Below the pieces are notes generated by a model that had not been told where the DNA came from, ran no database searches, and saw only the letters and a list, made by a program, of their open reading frames with translations. Shown in pieces: positions 51,713 through 61,134 of a DNA stretch of 64,000 bases. Both the position numbers and the translations under genes were made by a program. Origin of the DNA: an uncultured Candidatus Saccharibacteria bacterium (lineage in GTDB: Bacteria > Patescibacteriota > UBA1384 > JAMDBS01 > CAYSHH01); the NCBI GenBank assembly GCA_964430945.1, contig CAYSHH010000001.1, positions 6,473-70,472 on the forward strand. The letters run 5' to 3'. The stretch's first letter is position 1, and each line of letters begins with the position of its first letter.

Positions 51713-52330
51713 TCACCTTGTCAATAAATATAAACCACCAATTTCCCAAATTGCTGACACAAAAAGAATTACAACAATGAGGGGATAAAGTTTCAATGCA
51801 TCTATCCATGCATACTTAAATGCTTTCCATCTGTTTTTGGTCTTATATTTCTCTGGCCAAAATAAGCTTACGCCGATATTTGTACCTGCTGCAGCTGACA
51901 ATATATAAGCACCAAATTCGAGCAGTATTGTTCCAAATAACAATAAATAATACCAGCAATTACCGCCAATATCTCCATACAAAAGACCAATAAAAAATGC
52001 TCTTTCGACCATCACTAAAAGTGGTAATGGGAAAAAAACTCCTACAAGTGTAGTCGACAAAAAAGCCCCCAAAAAACTATTGTAACCAGTAGTATAGAAA
52101 ATAGCGTATATGATATTTTTACTTTGTATTGCCTGTACGATATTTTGTATTGCATCTGTTTTTTCAATCTGTAACATCAAATTTACTTTTAGAGAAGAAA
52201 CAATGTCAAGATCACTTTGAGACATAAAAAAACCAGCGCCAAGCGTGATTAGAGTTATCACAAAAACAATTATAACAATCGGTTTTATTTTTTTTAGAAC
52301 CTCTAGAGATTGCGAGAATATTTTAATCAT
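51713..52330 (-). CDS. SpoIIM/DUF95-like membrane protein
   Basis: Multi-TM; LLE..AY..S.AAG and SA.WE motifs; start moved to ATG 52330. Confidence 0.75.
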   Translation of the reverse strand: MIKIFSQSLEVLKKIKPIVIIVFVITLITLGAGFFMSQSDLDIVSSLKVNLMLQIEKTDAIQNIVQAIQSKNIIYAIFYTTGYNSFLGAFLSTTLVGVFFPLPLLVMVERAFFIGLLYGDIGGNCWYYLLLFGTILLEFGAYILSAAAGTNIGVSLFWPEKYKTKNRWKAFKYAWIDALKLYPLIVVILFVSAIWEIGGLYLLTR

Positions 52331-52733
52331 TCTTTTTTTTATATTTCTCAATTGCCTTTTTAATACCCTGTTCAGCCAATAATGAACAATGATATTTAAC
52401 CTTTGGCAACCCACCAAGTTTCTTTACAATTTCCTGATTGCTAATTTTTAAGGCATTATCAAGCGATTTACCCTTTATTATTTCAGTAGCGATCGATGAA
52501 GTTGCAATAGCCGCTCCACAACCTAGAGTGAGTACTTTTACATCCTTAATATATTCTTCTTCTTTTCCACCCTTTTTACGTTTATCTATCTTAAGATACA
52601 CTTTCATTACATCACCACACTTAGGATTTCCAACCATAGCTACGCTATCAGCATCTTTAATTTTTCCTATATTCTTAGGATTGATAAAATACTGCATTAC
52701 TTTTTGCGAGTATAAATCAAAATTATCTTTCAT
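52323..52733 (-). CDS. iscU: Fe-S scaffold IscU/NifU-N
   Basis: NPKCGD, GCGAAIA.SS, LP.VKYHC. Confidence 0.95.
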   Translation of the reverse strand: MKDNFDLYSQKVMQYFINPKNIGKIKDADSVAMVGNPKCGDVMKVYLKIDKRKKGGKEEEYIKDVKVLTLGCGAAIATSSIATEIIKGKSLDNALKISNQEIVKKLGGLPKVKYHCSLLAEQGIKKAIEKYKKKND

Positions 52734-52746
52734 ATATATCTCCTAA

Positions 52747-53487
52747 CTAATAATTTTTTAAGACATATTCTCTAGCCTTGTCCTCAAGATTATCGTTTAT
52801 TTTTTTAAGTTTAATCGGTTTATTATACTTAACCTCAAGCGCTTTTTCAAGAAGCCAATCGGTGACTTGTGGATTTTTAGGCAAAAAAGGTCCATGTAGA
52901 TACGTTCCTATAAAATTTTTTGAGATTATACCTTCAGTCTTATCTACACCATTATTACCACCACCTCTGATAATTTTTCCCATAGCTTCAGATTTATTTG
53001 CTAAAAATGTCCTTCCACTATGATTTTCAAACCCGGCAAGTTTCTCACTACCAAATATCTTACTCTCTACAAATACATTTCCAACCATGCGCTCTTTGCT
53101 GCCAAATGTATTCGCATCAAATATGCCTATGCCTCTTATCTTGCTTCCTTCGCAAGTTTGAAAAAAATTACCCAAAAGCTGGTATCCACCACATATCGTA
53201 AGCATAGGTTTACCAGTATCATAAAATTTCTTAATATCTACCGATTTTATCTGTAAATCTCTGGCCACTACTTTCTGTTCTTTGTCCTGTCCACCACCAA
53301 AAAAAGCTAGGTCAATTTTTTTATAGTCAAATTTATCTCCTATTTCAATATTTTCAATCTCAACATCAATATTTCTCATCTTTGCTCGATAAGTCATCGC
53401 TACAATATTTCCTCTATCACCATAAAGATTCATTGTCTTCGAATAAAGCCACCCAATTGTAAGTTTTTTATTTTGTATCATATGCAA
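52747..53487 (-). CDS. gatD: Glutamine amidotransferase GatD (CobQ-like) of the MurT-GatD complex
   Basis: MNLYGDRGN, GGGQD, ICGGYQLLG, GFENH, YLHGP.LPKNP. Confidence 0.92.
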   Translation of the reverse strand: MHMIQNKKLTIGWLYSKTMNLYGDRGNIVAMTYRAKMRNIDVEIENIEIGDKFDYKKIDLAFFGGGQDKEQKVVARDLQIKSVDIKKFYDTGKPMLTICGGYQLLGNFFQTCEGSKIRGIGIFDANTFGSKERMVGNVFVESKIFGSEKLAGFENHSGRTFLANKSEAMGKIIRGGGNNGVDKTEGIISKNFIGTYLHGPFLPKNPQVTDWLLEKALEVKYNKPIKLKKINDNLEDKAREYVLKNY

Positions 53488-53502
53488 AATATTATTGTAA
53501 AA

Positions 53503-54882
53503 TTAAACCTTTTCTACTAATCCCTTCTTCTCTAATATCTTTCTAATTTCAAGCATAGCAGTATAAGTTGGCAGTATATAAATACACTCATCGTCGCCAA
53601 TCTTTTTTCCACCAGCAATTTCAATCTCTTTCCAATAATTATTACTTACTTTTATATATTTTTCGTCCACACCAGCATATTTTAAACGCAGTGCCAAATC
53701 GTATTTTCTTGTACCCATACTTACTATTTTCTTCATATCACCCAAGGACTCAAAGTCAACATCATATATCCACGATACATCTGTACCGTCAGCAATCTTA
53801 TCATTGAGCGCACAGATAACATACTTATCTTTTGCTTGATTCAGTATTTCAATTGCAGTATTCGCCCCAGTGGGATTTTTTACAAGAATTATTCTAAATT
53901 TATTATTTTTGTATACAAATTCTTCCATTCTGCCAAATGCAGGCTTAAAACTGACAAAAGATTGTGCGATCGAATCTTCGGTAAATTCCCACTCTTTGGC
54001 AACAATAAATGCAGCCAGTGCATTATAAACATTATATGACCCCAATATCTTTATATTTATCTTCACAATTGATTTATTGTCATAAAGCTTAAACTCAATA
54101 CTGTCCTTGCAATGCACAATTTCGTCTGCCCACATATCAAGCTTTGGTCTTGAGCTATTACATCCCACGCAGTAGTAATCTCCCAGATGAGAGAACATTC
54201 TTGTCTTATAATTTAGTATTTGTCTACAATTAAAACATCTTACCGAATCAGATGCATGTTCAATCTCATCCTCATTTATCTTTTTATGAGTTCGAATACC
54301 ATAAAATATTTTATCTCCCCGAAAAGAATTAGCGATTGAAGCCAATGACGGGTCGTCAGCATTCACCACAAGCAATGTCTTCGCTGATAATTTTTGAAGA
54401 GTATCTTGCCACTTTCTAGCAATAGTATCCAATTCACCATATCTATCTAGCTGATCACGAAATATATTTCCCAATATCACCACATCCGGTTTTATCACGC
54501 TGGCAATATTAGCAAATTCTGCCTCGTCTACCTCGAACACTCCATAATTTAACTGAATATTGCCAACATAATCTGATTTCTCAATAAGAGCCGAGGCTAT
54601 ACCACGAGCCAAGTTTGAGCCACTTGAGTTTCTAACATAGTTTTCACAGTTTTCCTTGAGGATACCCGCTACCATCTCTGATGTTGTCGTCTTGCCATTA
54701 GTAGCAGTTATAATAACTTTTTTCTCAATGCCGCGCGACAAATCACGTATTAGATCAGGATAAATTTTGAGTGCGATAAGACCGGGGGCAGACTGTCCCG
54801 AACCACGTCCAAAAGCTTGGGTCAAAAACCCAATAAACTTTCCGACTAATATTGCCACACATAATCTTATTGACTTAATCAT
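53503..54882 (-). CDS. murT: Lipid II isoglutaminyl synthase MurT (Mur ligase plus DUF1727)
   Basis: TNGKTTT, EVDE, FRDQLDRYGE, C..C...C..C Zn finger, KNP.G, DVSWIYD, PTYTAML. Confidence 0.93.
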   Translation of the reverse strand: MIKSIRLCVAILVGKFIGFLTQAFGRGSGQSAPGLIALKIYPDLIRDLSRGIEKKVIITATNGKTTTSEMVAGILKENCENYVRNSSGSNLARGIASALIEKSDYVGNIQLNYGVFEVDEAEFANIASVIKPDVVILGNIFRDQLDRYGELDTIARKWQDTLQKLSAKTLLVVNADDPSLASIANSFRGDKIFYGIRTHKKINEDEIEHASDSVRCFNCRQILNYKTRMFSHLGDYYCVGCNSSRPKLDMWADEIVHCKDSIEFKLYDNKSIVKINIKILGSYNVYNALAAFIVAKEWEFTEDSIAQSFVSFKPAFGRMEEFVYKNNKFRIILVKNPTGANTAIEILNQAKDKYVICALNDKIADGTDVSWIYDVDFESLGDMKKIVSMGTRKYDLALRLKYAGVDEKYIKVSNNYWKEIEIAGGKKIGDDECIYILPTYTAMLEIRKILEKKGLVEKV

Positions 54883-54944
54883 AATTTTATGATATATTAT
54901 CTGGTCTTTAAAAAAACAAATTCTTTAAAAAAGGAGTCGAAAAA

Positions 54945-55139
54945 ATGGGAAAACATGAAGAAATTTTTGCTTTCATGATTTTGATCATCTTTAGAATAGC
55001 AGGATGTTTTGTTGTCTGGTATATAAAACCAGGTGACTACAAACTTCTTGGAGGAGTGATTGTCTTGTTAGTTTTACTAACATTCTTCGACTGGCATCAA
55101 AACCAGTGGGCAAAAAAGGAATACAAAACAAAAGGATAG
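54945..55139 (+). CDS. Small two-TM membrane protein
   Basis: SD AAGGAG; two hydrophobic helices. Confidence 0.6.
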   Translation: MGKHEEIFAFMILIIFRIAGCFVVWYIKPGDYKLLGGVIVLLVLLTFFDWHQNQWAKKEYKTKG

Positions 55140-55186
55140 ATTTTTTCTATTTTTTCCGATCAAAATTTAACTTGGGAGGTGAAAAA

Positions 55187-55360
55187 ATGAAATTTTCAAA
55201 ATGGATCTTCGCATTTTTAATTGCGATCATCTATACAATCGGCATTGGTAAAATAGTTACCGATTTAACCATAGCCGGTAAACCAGTATTGGCATATGCA
55301 TTTTTTGGAATTGCAAATATAATAATGGGGGGGGTTGCAGCAATACATGCCCGAGACTAA
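55187..55360 (+). CDS. Small two-TM membrane protein
   Basis: SD GGGAGGTG before ATG 55187; terminator CCGCAGC-actc-GCTGCGG plus T-tract at 55373-55397. Confidence 0.6.
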   Translation: MKFSKWIFAFLIAIIYTIGIGKIVTDLTIAGKPVLAYAFFGIANIIMGGVAAIHARD

Positions 55361-55406
55361 CAGACTTATAACCCGCAGCACTCGCTGCGGTTTTTTTATC
55401 TAAATT

Positions 55407-56588
55407 TTATTTCCCAAACGGACTCATCATTCTTAATTTACTAACAATTTTTTTTAATACTCTGATTGTATAATCTATATCTTCTTTCGTTGTTGTATCT
55501 CCCAAAGTAAATCTGATCGATCCATGTGCATCCTCATGCTTAAGTCCAATTGCCAAAAGTACATGGGATGGATCCAAACTTCCTGACGTACAAGCCGAAC
55601 CAGAACTAGCTGCGATTCCTGCCCCATCAAGATGCAAAAGTATTGCCTCACCTTCAATATATTTAAAACTAATATTTACATTGTTTGGATTTCTCTTGAC
55701 TCTGTCTCCATTTAAAAACGTATTCGGGATTTCTTTTAAGATTTTTTCAATAAAGTAATCTCTCAATTCTTTGATTATTTGATTTTTTCTTTTTGATTTT
55801 TCAATTAGCTCTATCGCTTTTCCTATCCCCACAATTCCTGGGGTATTATATGTCCCAGCCCTCAAATTATTTTCTTGAGCGCCACCAATATTTTCTCGAT
55901 GTAGTTTTACTCCTTTTTTTACATAAAGCAAACCTACGCCTTTAGGCCCCCCAAACTTATGAGCTGACACACTCATCATGTCCACACCTAGCTTTTTCAC
56001 ATTACAATTTTGATATCCGACAGCCTGCACAGCATCGGTATGAAAATACAACTTATCGTATTTTCCAATCAATTTTCCAATTTCCGCAATTGGCTGAACG
56101 GTACCGATCTCATTATTTACATACATTATCGTAACCAGTACTGTATTTTTTTTAATAGCTTTCTCTATATCACTAACACAAATGATTCCCTTATTATCAG
56201 GTTTCACATAAGTTAACTCTATCAAACCTCGCTTCTCTAAATCCTTACACGTATCAAGTACTGCGTGATGTTCAAAAGCTGAGGTGATAATATGTGGTTT
56301 CGATTTCAAATCTAAAAATTCCGATTTTATAATATTGTTTATCAACCCTTTGATTGCCAGATTATCAGACTCCGTACCACCAGATGTAAAAATTATTTCT
56401 CTAGCGTCACAACCAAAATACTTAGCAATCTCGTCTCTCGCTTCTTCTATTGCCTTTTTTGCGTCTCTCCCAAAACCATGAACACTCGACGCATTACCAT
56501 ATTTTTCTGAAAAATATGGTAACATCACCTCAAGAACTTCTTTTTTTACCGGACCAGTTGCCGCATAATCAAGATATATCTTTTTCAT
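55407..56588 (-). CDS. iscS: Cysteine desulfurase IscS/NifS
   Basis: YLDYAAT, FTSGGTESDN, HTDAVQ, SAHKFGGPKG, SSGSACTS. Confidence 0.97.
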   Translation of the reverse strand: MKKIYLDYAATGPVKKEVLEVMLPYFSEKYGNASSVHGFGRDAKKAIEEARDEIAKYFGCDAREIIFTSGGTESDNLAIKGLINNIIKSEFLDLKSKPHIITSAFEHHAVLDTCKDLEKRGLIELTYVKPDNKGIICVSDIEKAIKKNTVLVTIMYVNNEIGTVQPIAEIGKLIGKYDKLYFHTDAVQAVGYQNCNVKKLGVDMMSVSAHKFGGPKGVGLLYVKKGVKLHRENIGGAQENNLRAGTYNTPGIVGIGKAIELIEKSKRKNQIIKELRDYFIEKILKEIPNTFLNGDRVKRNPNNVNISFKYIEGEAILLHLDGAGIAASSGSACTSGSLDPSHVLLAIGLKHEDAHGSIRFTLGDTTTKEDIDYTIRVLKKIVSKLRMMSPFGK

Positions 56589-56597
56589 AACAATTTC

Positions 56598-56828
56598 TTA
56601 TTTTGTTTTTTTATCTTTCTGCAAATTAAGTTCATCCACCAAACTTCTCACACAACCACGGCATTCACCTGTAAGACACTCGTATTCTTCCTGTGGGACC
56701 AATACAGCAACCGGTTTGGAATAGCGCATCACCTGATAAGTATTTCCTTTTTCTACGTCTTTAATAATTTTCGAAACACCTGATTGTAATTTATTGATTG
56801 TTACGCTCTTTCGTGTTGTTTTTTTCAT
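56598..56828 (-). CDS. Phd/YefM-fold protein with C-terminal Cys triad
   Basis: V.I..L....S.II..V..G..Y.V.R..KPVAVLVP.EEYE Phd signature, then CLTGECRGC. Confidence 0.8.
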   Translation of the reverse strand: MKKTTRKSVTINKLQSGVSKIIKDVEKGNTYQVMRYSKPVAVLVPQEEYECLTGECRGCVRSLVDELNLQKDKKTK

Positions 56829-56852
56829 AATATTCACTTTAACTTGTTGATC

Positions 56853-56887
56853 ATATGTAATATAACATTATATATAATATAAATCAA
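56853..56887 (-). promoter_or_regulatory. Promoter with overlapping inverted repeat (putative operator)
   Basis: TTGATT (56887-56882), 17-nt spacer, TGtTATATT; palindrome ATATGTAAT-N5-ATTATATAT at 56853-56875. Confidence 0.55.
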
Positions 56888-58515
56888 ACTTTTTTAGATG
56901 CTCGAACTAACTCCATAAATAAAGGATGTGGTTTTGTTGGCCAAGACCTAAACTCTGGATGAAATTGCACTCCTACAAAAAATGGATGGTCATTTTTATT
57001 TAGTTCTACTATTTCTACGATATGATTGTCTGGACTAGTACCTGCAACTACCAATCCGGCTTTCTCAAGCTTTTGTCGGAATTTATTATTGAATTCAAAT
57101 CTATGACGATGTCGCTCTCCGATCAAATTCCTCTTATAAGCACGATACGATATTGATCCTTTTTTTATCTTTGCTGAATACTCTCCTAAACGCATCGTGC
57201 CACCATAGTCACGATCTAGCATTTTCTTTTCTTGTTCTGGCATTATATGTATTACCTGATTTTTGCTATTCTTTACAATCTCTTCAGTACAGGCACCTTT
57301 AATCTTTGCCACATTTCTAGCAAATTCTATTGTCGCAAGTTGCATGCCATAACAAAGTCCAAGATATGGTATTTTATTAATACGTGCATATTTAATTGCC
57401 GATATTATACCTTCAATTCCTCTAGATCCAAACCCACCAGGCACGACAACACCATCGTATTGACTAAGCTTTTTAAGATTTTTTTTGTCATCTTCAAATT
57501 CTTGAGCATTTATCCAACTCAAATCTATATTTACACCATTCGCCCAACCAGCATGCTTTATTGCTTCAATAACAGAAATATAAACATCAGACAACATAAA
57601 ATCACCCGTCTGAAAATATTTTCCAACAAGCGCTATTTTGATGTTATCTTTGGCTTTTTTCATCTGTTGCACCAACTTACGCCATTTTGCACCATCTTTA
57701 AGTTTGGGCGCCAACCCAAATTTGGACAGTATTTTTTCTGCTATACATTGTTGATCCAAGATATATGGTATTTCATAAATACTATCGACGTCTGGGTCAG
57801 AAAATATATGCTCAGTTGACACATTGCAAAATAACGAAATTCTTTCTTTTCTCTTCTCATCCATTTCAATCTCAGCTCGCCCAATAATAAAATCTGGTTG
57901 TATTCCCATTGAATTAAGTGCTTGTACTGATTGCTGAACAGGTTTTGTTTTCATCTCACCAAGCTTCGCGGGTATTGGCAAATATGCCAAGTGGATTTGC
58001 AAAATATCATCTGGGTGTTTCATTTTCATCAATCTTGCTGCCTCAAAAAATAATGCGTTTTGATATTCTCCTACAGTTCCGCCAAGCTCAACCAATACAA
58101 TTTCTGCTTTGTTACTAGTACCAGCAAGTTCAATCCGTCTTATAATTTCATTTGACACGTGTGGAATCGCTTCTACATCTTCACCGTCATACCCAAACGC
58201 ACGTTCTTTTTGCAATACTTCCCAATAAACTTGCCCTGTTGTTATATAATTTGTTTTATTGAGTTCTTGTCCCAAAAATCTCTCATAGTTGCCAACATCT
58301 TGATCGGTTTCCATACCATCATTTGTCACAAATACTTCCCCATGCTCGGTGGGGCGTATAGTTCCAGCATCAAGATTGAGATACATGTCTATCTTTACAG
58401 CTGTTACCTTGTATCCACGCGATTTCAATAAATTTCCAATCGATGCAGTAATTATCCCTTTACCAAGTCCAGACAACACCCCCCCAGAAATAAAAATAAA
58501 TTTAGGTCTTTTCAT
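56884..58515 (-). CDS. pyrG: CTP synthase
   Basis: GGVLSGLGKG, HGEVFVT.DG, KTKP.Q, GLCYGMQ, ERHRHR, QFHPEF. Confidence 0.98.
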   Translation of the reverse strand: MKRPKFIFISGGVLSGLGKGIITASIGNLLKSRGYKVTAVKIDMYLNLDAGTIRPTEHGEVFVTNDGMETDQDVGNYERFLGQELNKTNYITTGQVYWEVLQKERAFGYDGEDVEAIPHVSNEIIRRIELAGTSNKAEIVLVELGGTVGEYQNALFFEAARLMKMKHPDDILQIHLAYLPIPAKLGEMKTKPVQQSVQALNSMGIQPDFIIGRAEIEMDEKRKERISLFCNVSTEHIFSDPDVDSIYEIPYILDQQCIAEKILSKFGLAPKLKDGAKWRKLVQQMKKAKDNIKIALVGKYFQTGDFMLSDVYISVIEAIKHAGWANGVNIDLSWINAQEFEDDKKNLKKLSQYDGVVVPGGFGSRGIEGIISAIKYARINKIPYLGLCYGMQLATIEFARNVAKIKGACTEEIVKNSKNQVIHIMPEQEKKMLDRDYGGTMRLGEYSAKIKKGSISYRAYKRNLIGERHRHRFEFNNKFRQKLEKAGLVVAGTSPDNHIVEIVELNKNDHPFFVGVQFHPEFRSWPTKPHPLFMELVRASKKV

Positions 58516-59629
58516 AATTCTCCTTATCCCCCGATTTAAGACTTTGTTTATAATTTGTTATATAGAGCCACGCAATTGCTATATATTTAAATAATACCAA
58601 AGTTTGTAGCCAATAAACATGCTCTTTGAACCAAAAAAGAAACAATATTTGTAATCCATTTGGAATTTCAAGTAAATAGAACGCTCGCTTATCTACATTG
58701 TATGCCGTAAGCACCAAAAATGGCAACAAGTATATATTATATTGTGGAGAATATATTCGATCGGTCATTATAAATATAAGAATCACTGCGATACAAAGAT
58801 TTACAATCGACGTTTTTCTAAGTTTAACCCAGGTGAATAAATATAATAATGCAAACAATCCCAAGCTCATCCACCCCATTTTATCACCTAAAAATTGGTA
58901 AAAAATCCACCAATAAGTTCCATTTTCCGGACCCTTAGAAAGATTCTGCCCAATTTGCCAAGTATATGGAAATACCCATTTTGAAAAATCACCTATCATG
59001 TATGGCAAATTGAGCCCAATAACTATCAACACAAATATCAGCCCCAGCCTCCACCAATCTTTTTTTGGTGATTTTAAAATAAAGATAGGTACTAAAAATA
59101 TCGGAAATACCTTCAATACTGTACCTATTGCCAAGCTTACAATTGCTCCATAATATTTTTTCTTAAAAAATAAATATAAAGCTAGAACTATAAGAAACAC
59201 TACTGGCAGGTCATAATTGATAAACGAATATGCGATAAAAGATGGCGCGAATATCCAAAAAACCCAAATACTATTTTTGCTTTTATTTTTATCTCGTTTA
59301 ATAATCTTATAAAGTAATAATGTTGTACCGATTGCGAATAGACTAAGTATAATTGTATTCACAGTAAAAAACTGGATATAACTCTCATATTTGTTAAATT
59401 GCATAAACTCATAAAAAAATCTTAGTCCGGCCGGATACTCTGGTGGATACACGGCATGTTGTCTTCCAAGATAATTGGTCCAAAAATTCCATAAATCACC
59501 GGGATATGTCATAAGGTGTCTATAAAGATATATATAAATCTCTTCCTTATAACGCATCAGGTACCCAGGAATTAAAGCTAGCACAGTCCCCAACAGTAAA
59601 TATATTAATTTTTTATACTTTTTAAACAT
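58502..59629 (-). CDS. GT-C fold membrane glycosyltransferase (GT87/DUF2029-like)
   Basis: EYP, NYDL, K.FP and SPQY motifs in a multi-TM protein. Confidence 0.8.
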   Translation of the reverse strand: MFKKYKKLIYLLLGTVLALIPGYLMRYKEEIYIYLYRHLMTYPGDLWNFWTNYLGRQHAVYPPEYPAGLRFFYEFMQFNKYESYIQFFTVNTIILSLFAIGTTLLLYKIIKRDKNKSKNSIWVFWIFAPSFIAYSFINYDLPVVFLIVLALYLFFKKKYYGAIVSLAIGTVLKVFPIFLVPIFILKSPKKDWWRLGLIFVLIVIGLNLPYMIGDFSKWVFPYTWQIGQNLSKGPENGTYWWIFYQFLGDKMGWMSLGLFALLYLFTWVKLRKTSIVNLCIAVILIFIMTDRIYSPQYNIYLLPFLVLTAYNVDKRAFYLLEIPNGLQILFLFWFKEHVYWLQTLVLFKYIAIAWLYITNYKQSLKSGDKENYEKT

Positions 59630-59734
59630 GTCTTAATTTTAGCATAAAAAAATTTTAACTTATCCTCTTGAAAAAATATTGTCTTGTCTGTTATTATTAA
59701 TAACGCACCTAAAAAAGATAATTTATAATTTATT

Positions 59735-60178
59735 ATGAAAATTATAAGTCAGATCATAGACATAAAAACCAAAAAAGAATTAGAATTTATCGACATCAGC
59801 GATAAAATTATTAATTTTGTTAAAAAATCAAAAGTTATTAACGGTTTCATAAATATCCAGTCACTCCATACTACTGCATCTATCGTCGTCAACGAGAATG
59901 AACCACTTCTCATAAGAGATTTTATAAATCATCTTAAAAAATTAGCACCAAAAAATTTTGCCTACAACCACAACGATTTTACTCGTCGCACCGTAAACAT
60001 GTGCAATGGGGAATGCAAAAATGGTCATTCACATATCCGAGCACTTCATCTACCAACATCTGTTACCGTAAACGTAATAAAAGGTGCCCTTTCACTCGGC
60101 ACCTGGCAACGAATATTTTATATCGAACTAGATCACTCTCGTACTCGTAAAATAGGGCTTCAAATACTAGGACAATAA
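59735..60178 (+). CDS. yjbQ: YjbQ/UPF0047 family protein
   Basis: HTTASIVVNE, NGHSH, LGTWQ.I...E.D..R.R. Confidence 0.92.
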   Translation: MKIISQIIDIKTKKELEFIDISDKIINFVKKSKVINGFINIQSLHTTASIVVNENEPLLIRDFINHLKKLAPKNFAYNHNDFTRRTVNMCNGECKNGHSHIRALHLPTSVTVNVIKGALSLGTWQRIFYIELDHSRTRKIGLQILGQ

Positions 60179-60184
60179 CTTCAG

Positions 60185-60224
60185 AACCAAATAAGTACAC
60201 CCCGCAGGGTGTACTTATTTGGTT
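60185..60224. terminator. Bidirectional terminator
   Basis: 18-bp perfect stem AACCAAATAAGTACACCC-cgca-GGGTGTACTTATTTGGTT between convergent genes. Confidence 0.8.
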
Positions 60225-61114
60225 TAAATAGTAAATAGCTTCTCAGCGTTCTTTGTAGTTTGTTTCTCAACTATCTCAACACTAATATTTTTTATCTCAG
60301 CAATTTTCTTAGCAATTACTGGTATATACATTGGCTCATTCCTTTTGCCACGATACGGATCTGGCGCTAAAAATGGACAATCTGTTTCAAGAACAATTTT
60401 ATCAAGTGTTATTTTTTTTATAACTTCTTGCAGCTCAACTGATTTCTTAAAAGTCACAATTCCATTTACACCTATATAAAAACCCAACTCAATAAATTTC
60501 CGAACTTGTTTTGCATTACCCAAAAAACAATGTATCACTCCTCTTAAATTGTCTTTAAATTTTGATTTATCATTTTGCATTTTCAATTTTGCATTTTCAA
60601 TTATTCCTATCATCTCATCATATGCTCCATAAGGATCTTCCTCACTTCCTCTACAGTGAAGTACTAATGGCAAATTATTTTCAATCGCAAGCTCAATATG
60701 TGCTTGAAACACTTTTTTTTGAATTTCTTTTTCATCTTTTACCTTGCCCACATGAAAATAATCCAATCCCGTTTCACCAATTCCAACTATCGCGTCTCTA
60801 CTTTGATCTATTAATTCTTGATATTTTTCTTTATCAAATATCTCTTTTTTAGTTTTAAATTTATACTCTTTTCCATCAAACTTTGCGCTCTCAGTAATAT
60901 CTTGAGTTAGATGTATCGGATGACATCCAATAACTGCTTTCATTTTCACATTTTGAACATTTTTGATCATTTGAACGGCTTTGACGCTTGTTTCATAGTT
61001 ACTTCCAATATTTACAATCTTTTTTACTCCAGCCTCAAAAGAACGTTTCAAAACGTCATCAATCTCCCCCTCGTATTCACGGAAATTAATATGTGCATGA
61101 GTATCGATAAACAT
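60224..61114 (-). CDS. tatD: TatD family nuclease
   Basis: IDTHAH, G.HP, GETGLDY, LH.R, HCF, ETDCP. Confidence 0.94.
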   Translation of the reverse strand: MFIDTHAHINFREYEGEIDDVLKRSFEAGVKKIVNIGSNYETSVKAVQMIKNVQNVKMKAVIGCHPIHLTQDITESAKFDGKEYKFKTKKEIFDKEKYQELIDQSRDAIVGIGETGLDYFHVGKVKDEKEIQKKVFQAHIELAIENNLPLVLHCRGSEEDPYGAYDEMIGIIENAKLKMQNDKSKFKDNLRGVIHCFLGNAKQVRKFIELGFYIGVNGIVTFKKSVELQEVIKKITLDKIVLETDCPFLAPDPYRGKRNEPMYIPVIAKKIAEIKNISVEIVEKQTTKNAEKLFTI

Positions 61115-61134
61115 AAAAATATATTAGTAAATAA

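Noticed and set aside
56598-56828. Conventional type II toxin-antitoxin pair
   Set aside because: No toxin ORF adjacent; the neighbours are pyrG and iscS
57232-57819. 195-aa plus-strand ORF and other antisense ORFs (e.g. 60911-61444, 27712-28104, 7393-7683)
   Set aside because: Shadow frames opposite well-supported genes, with no recognisable motifs
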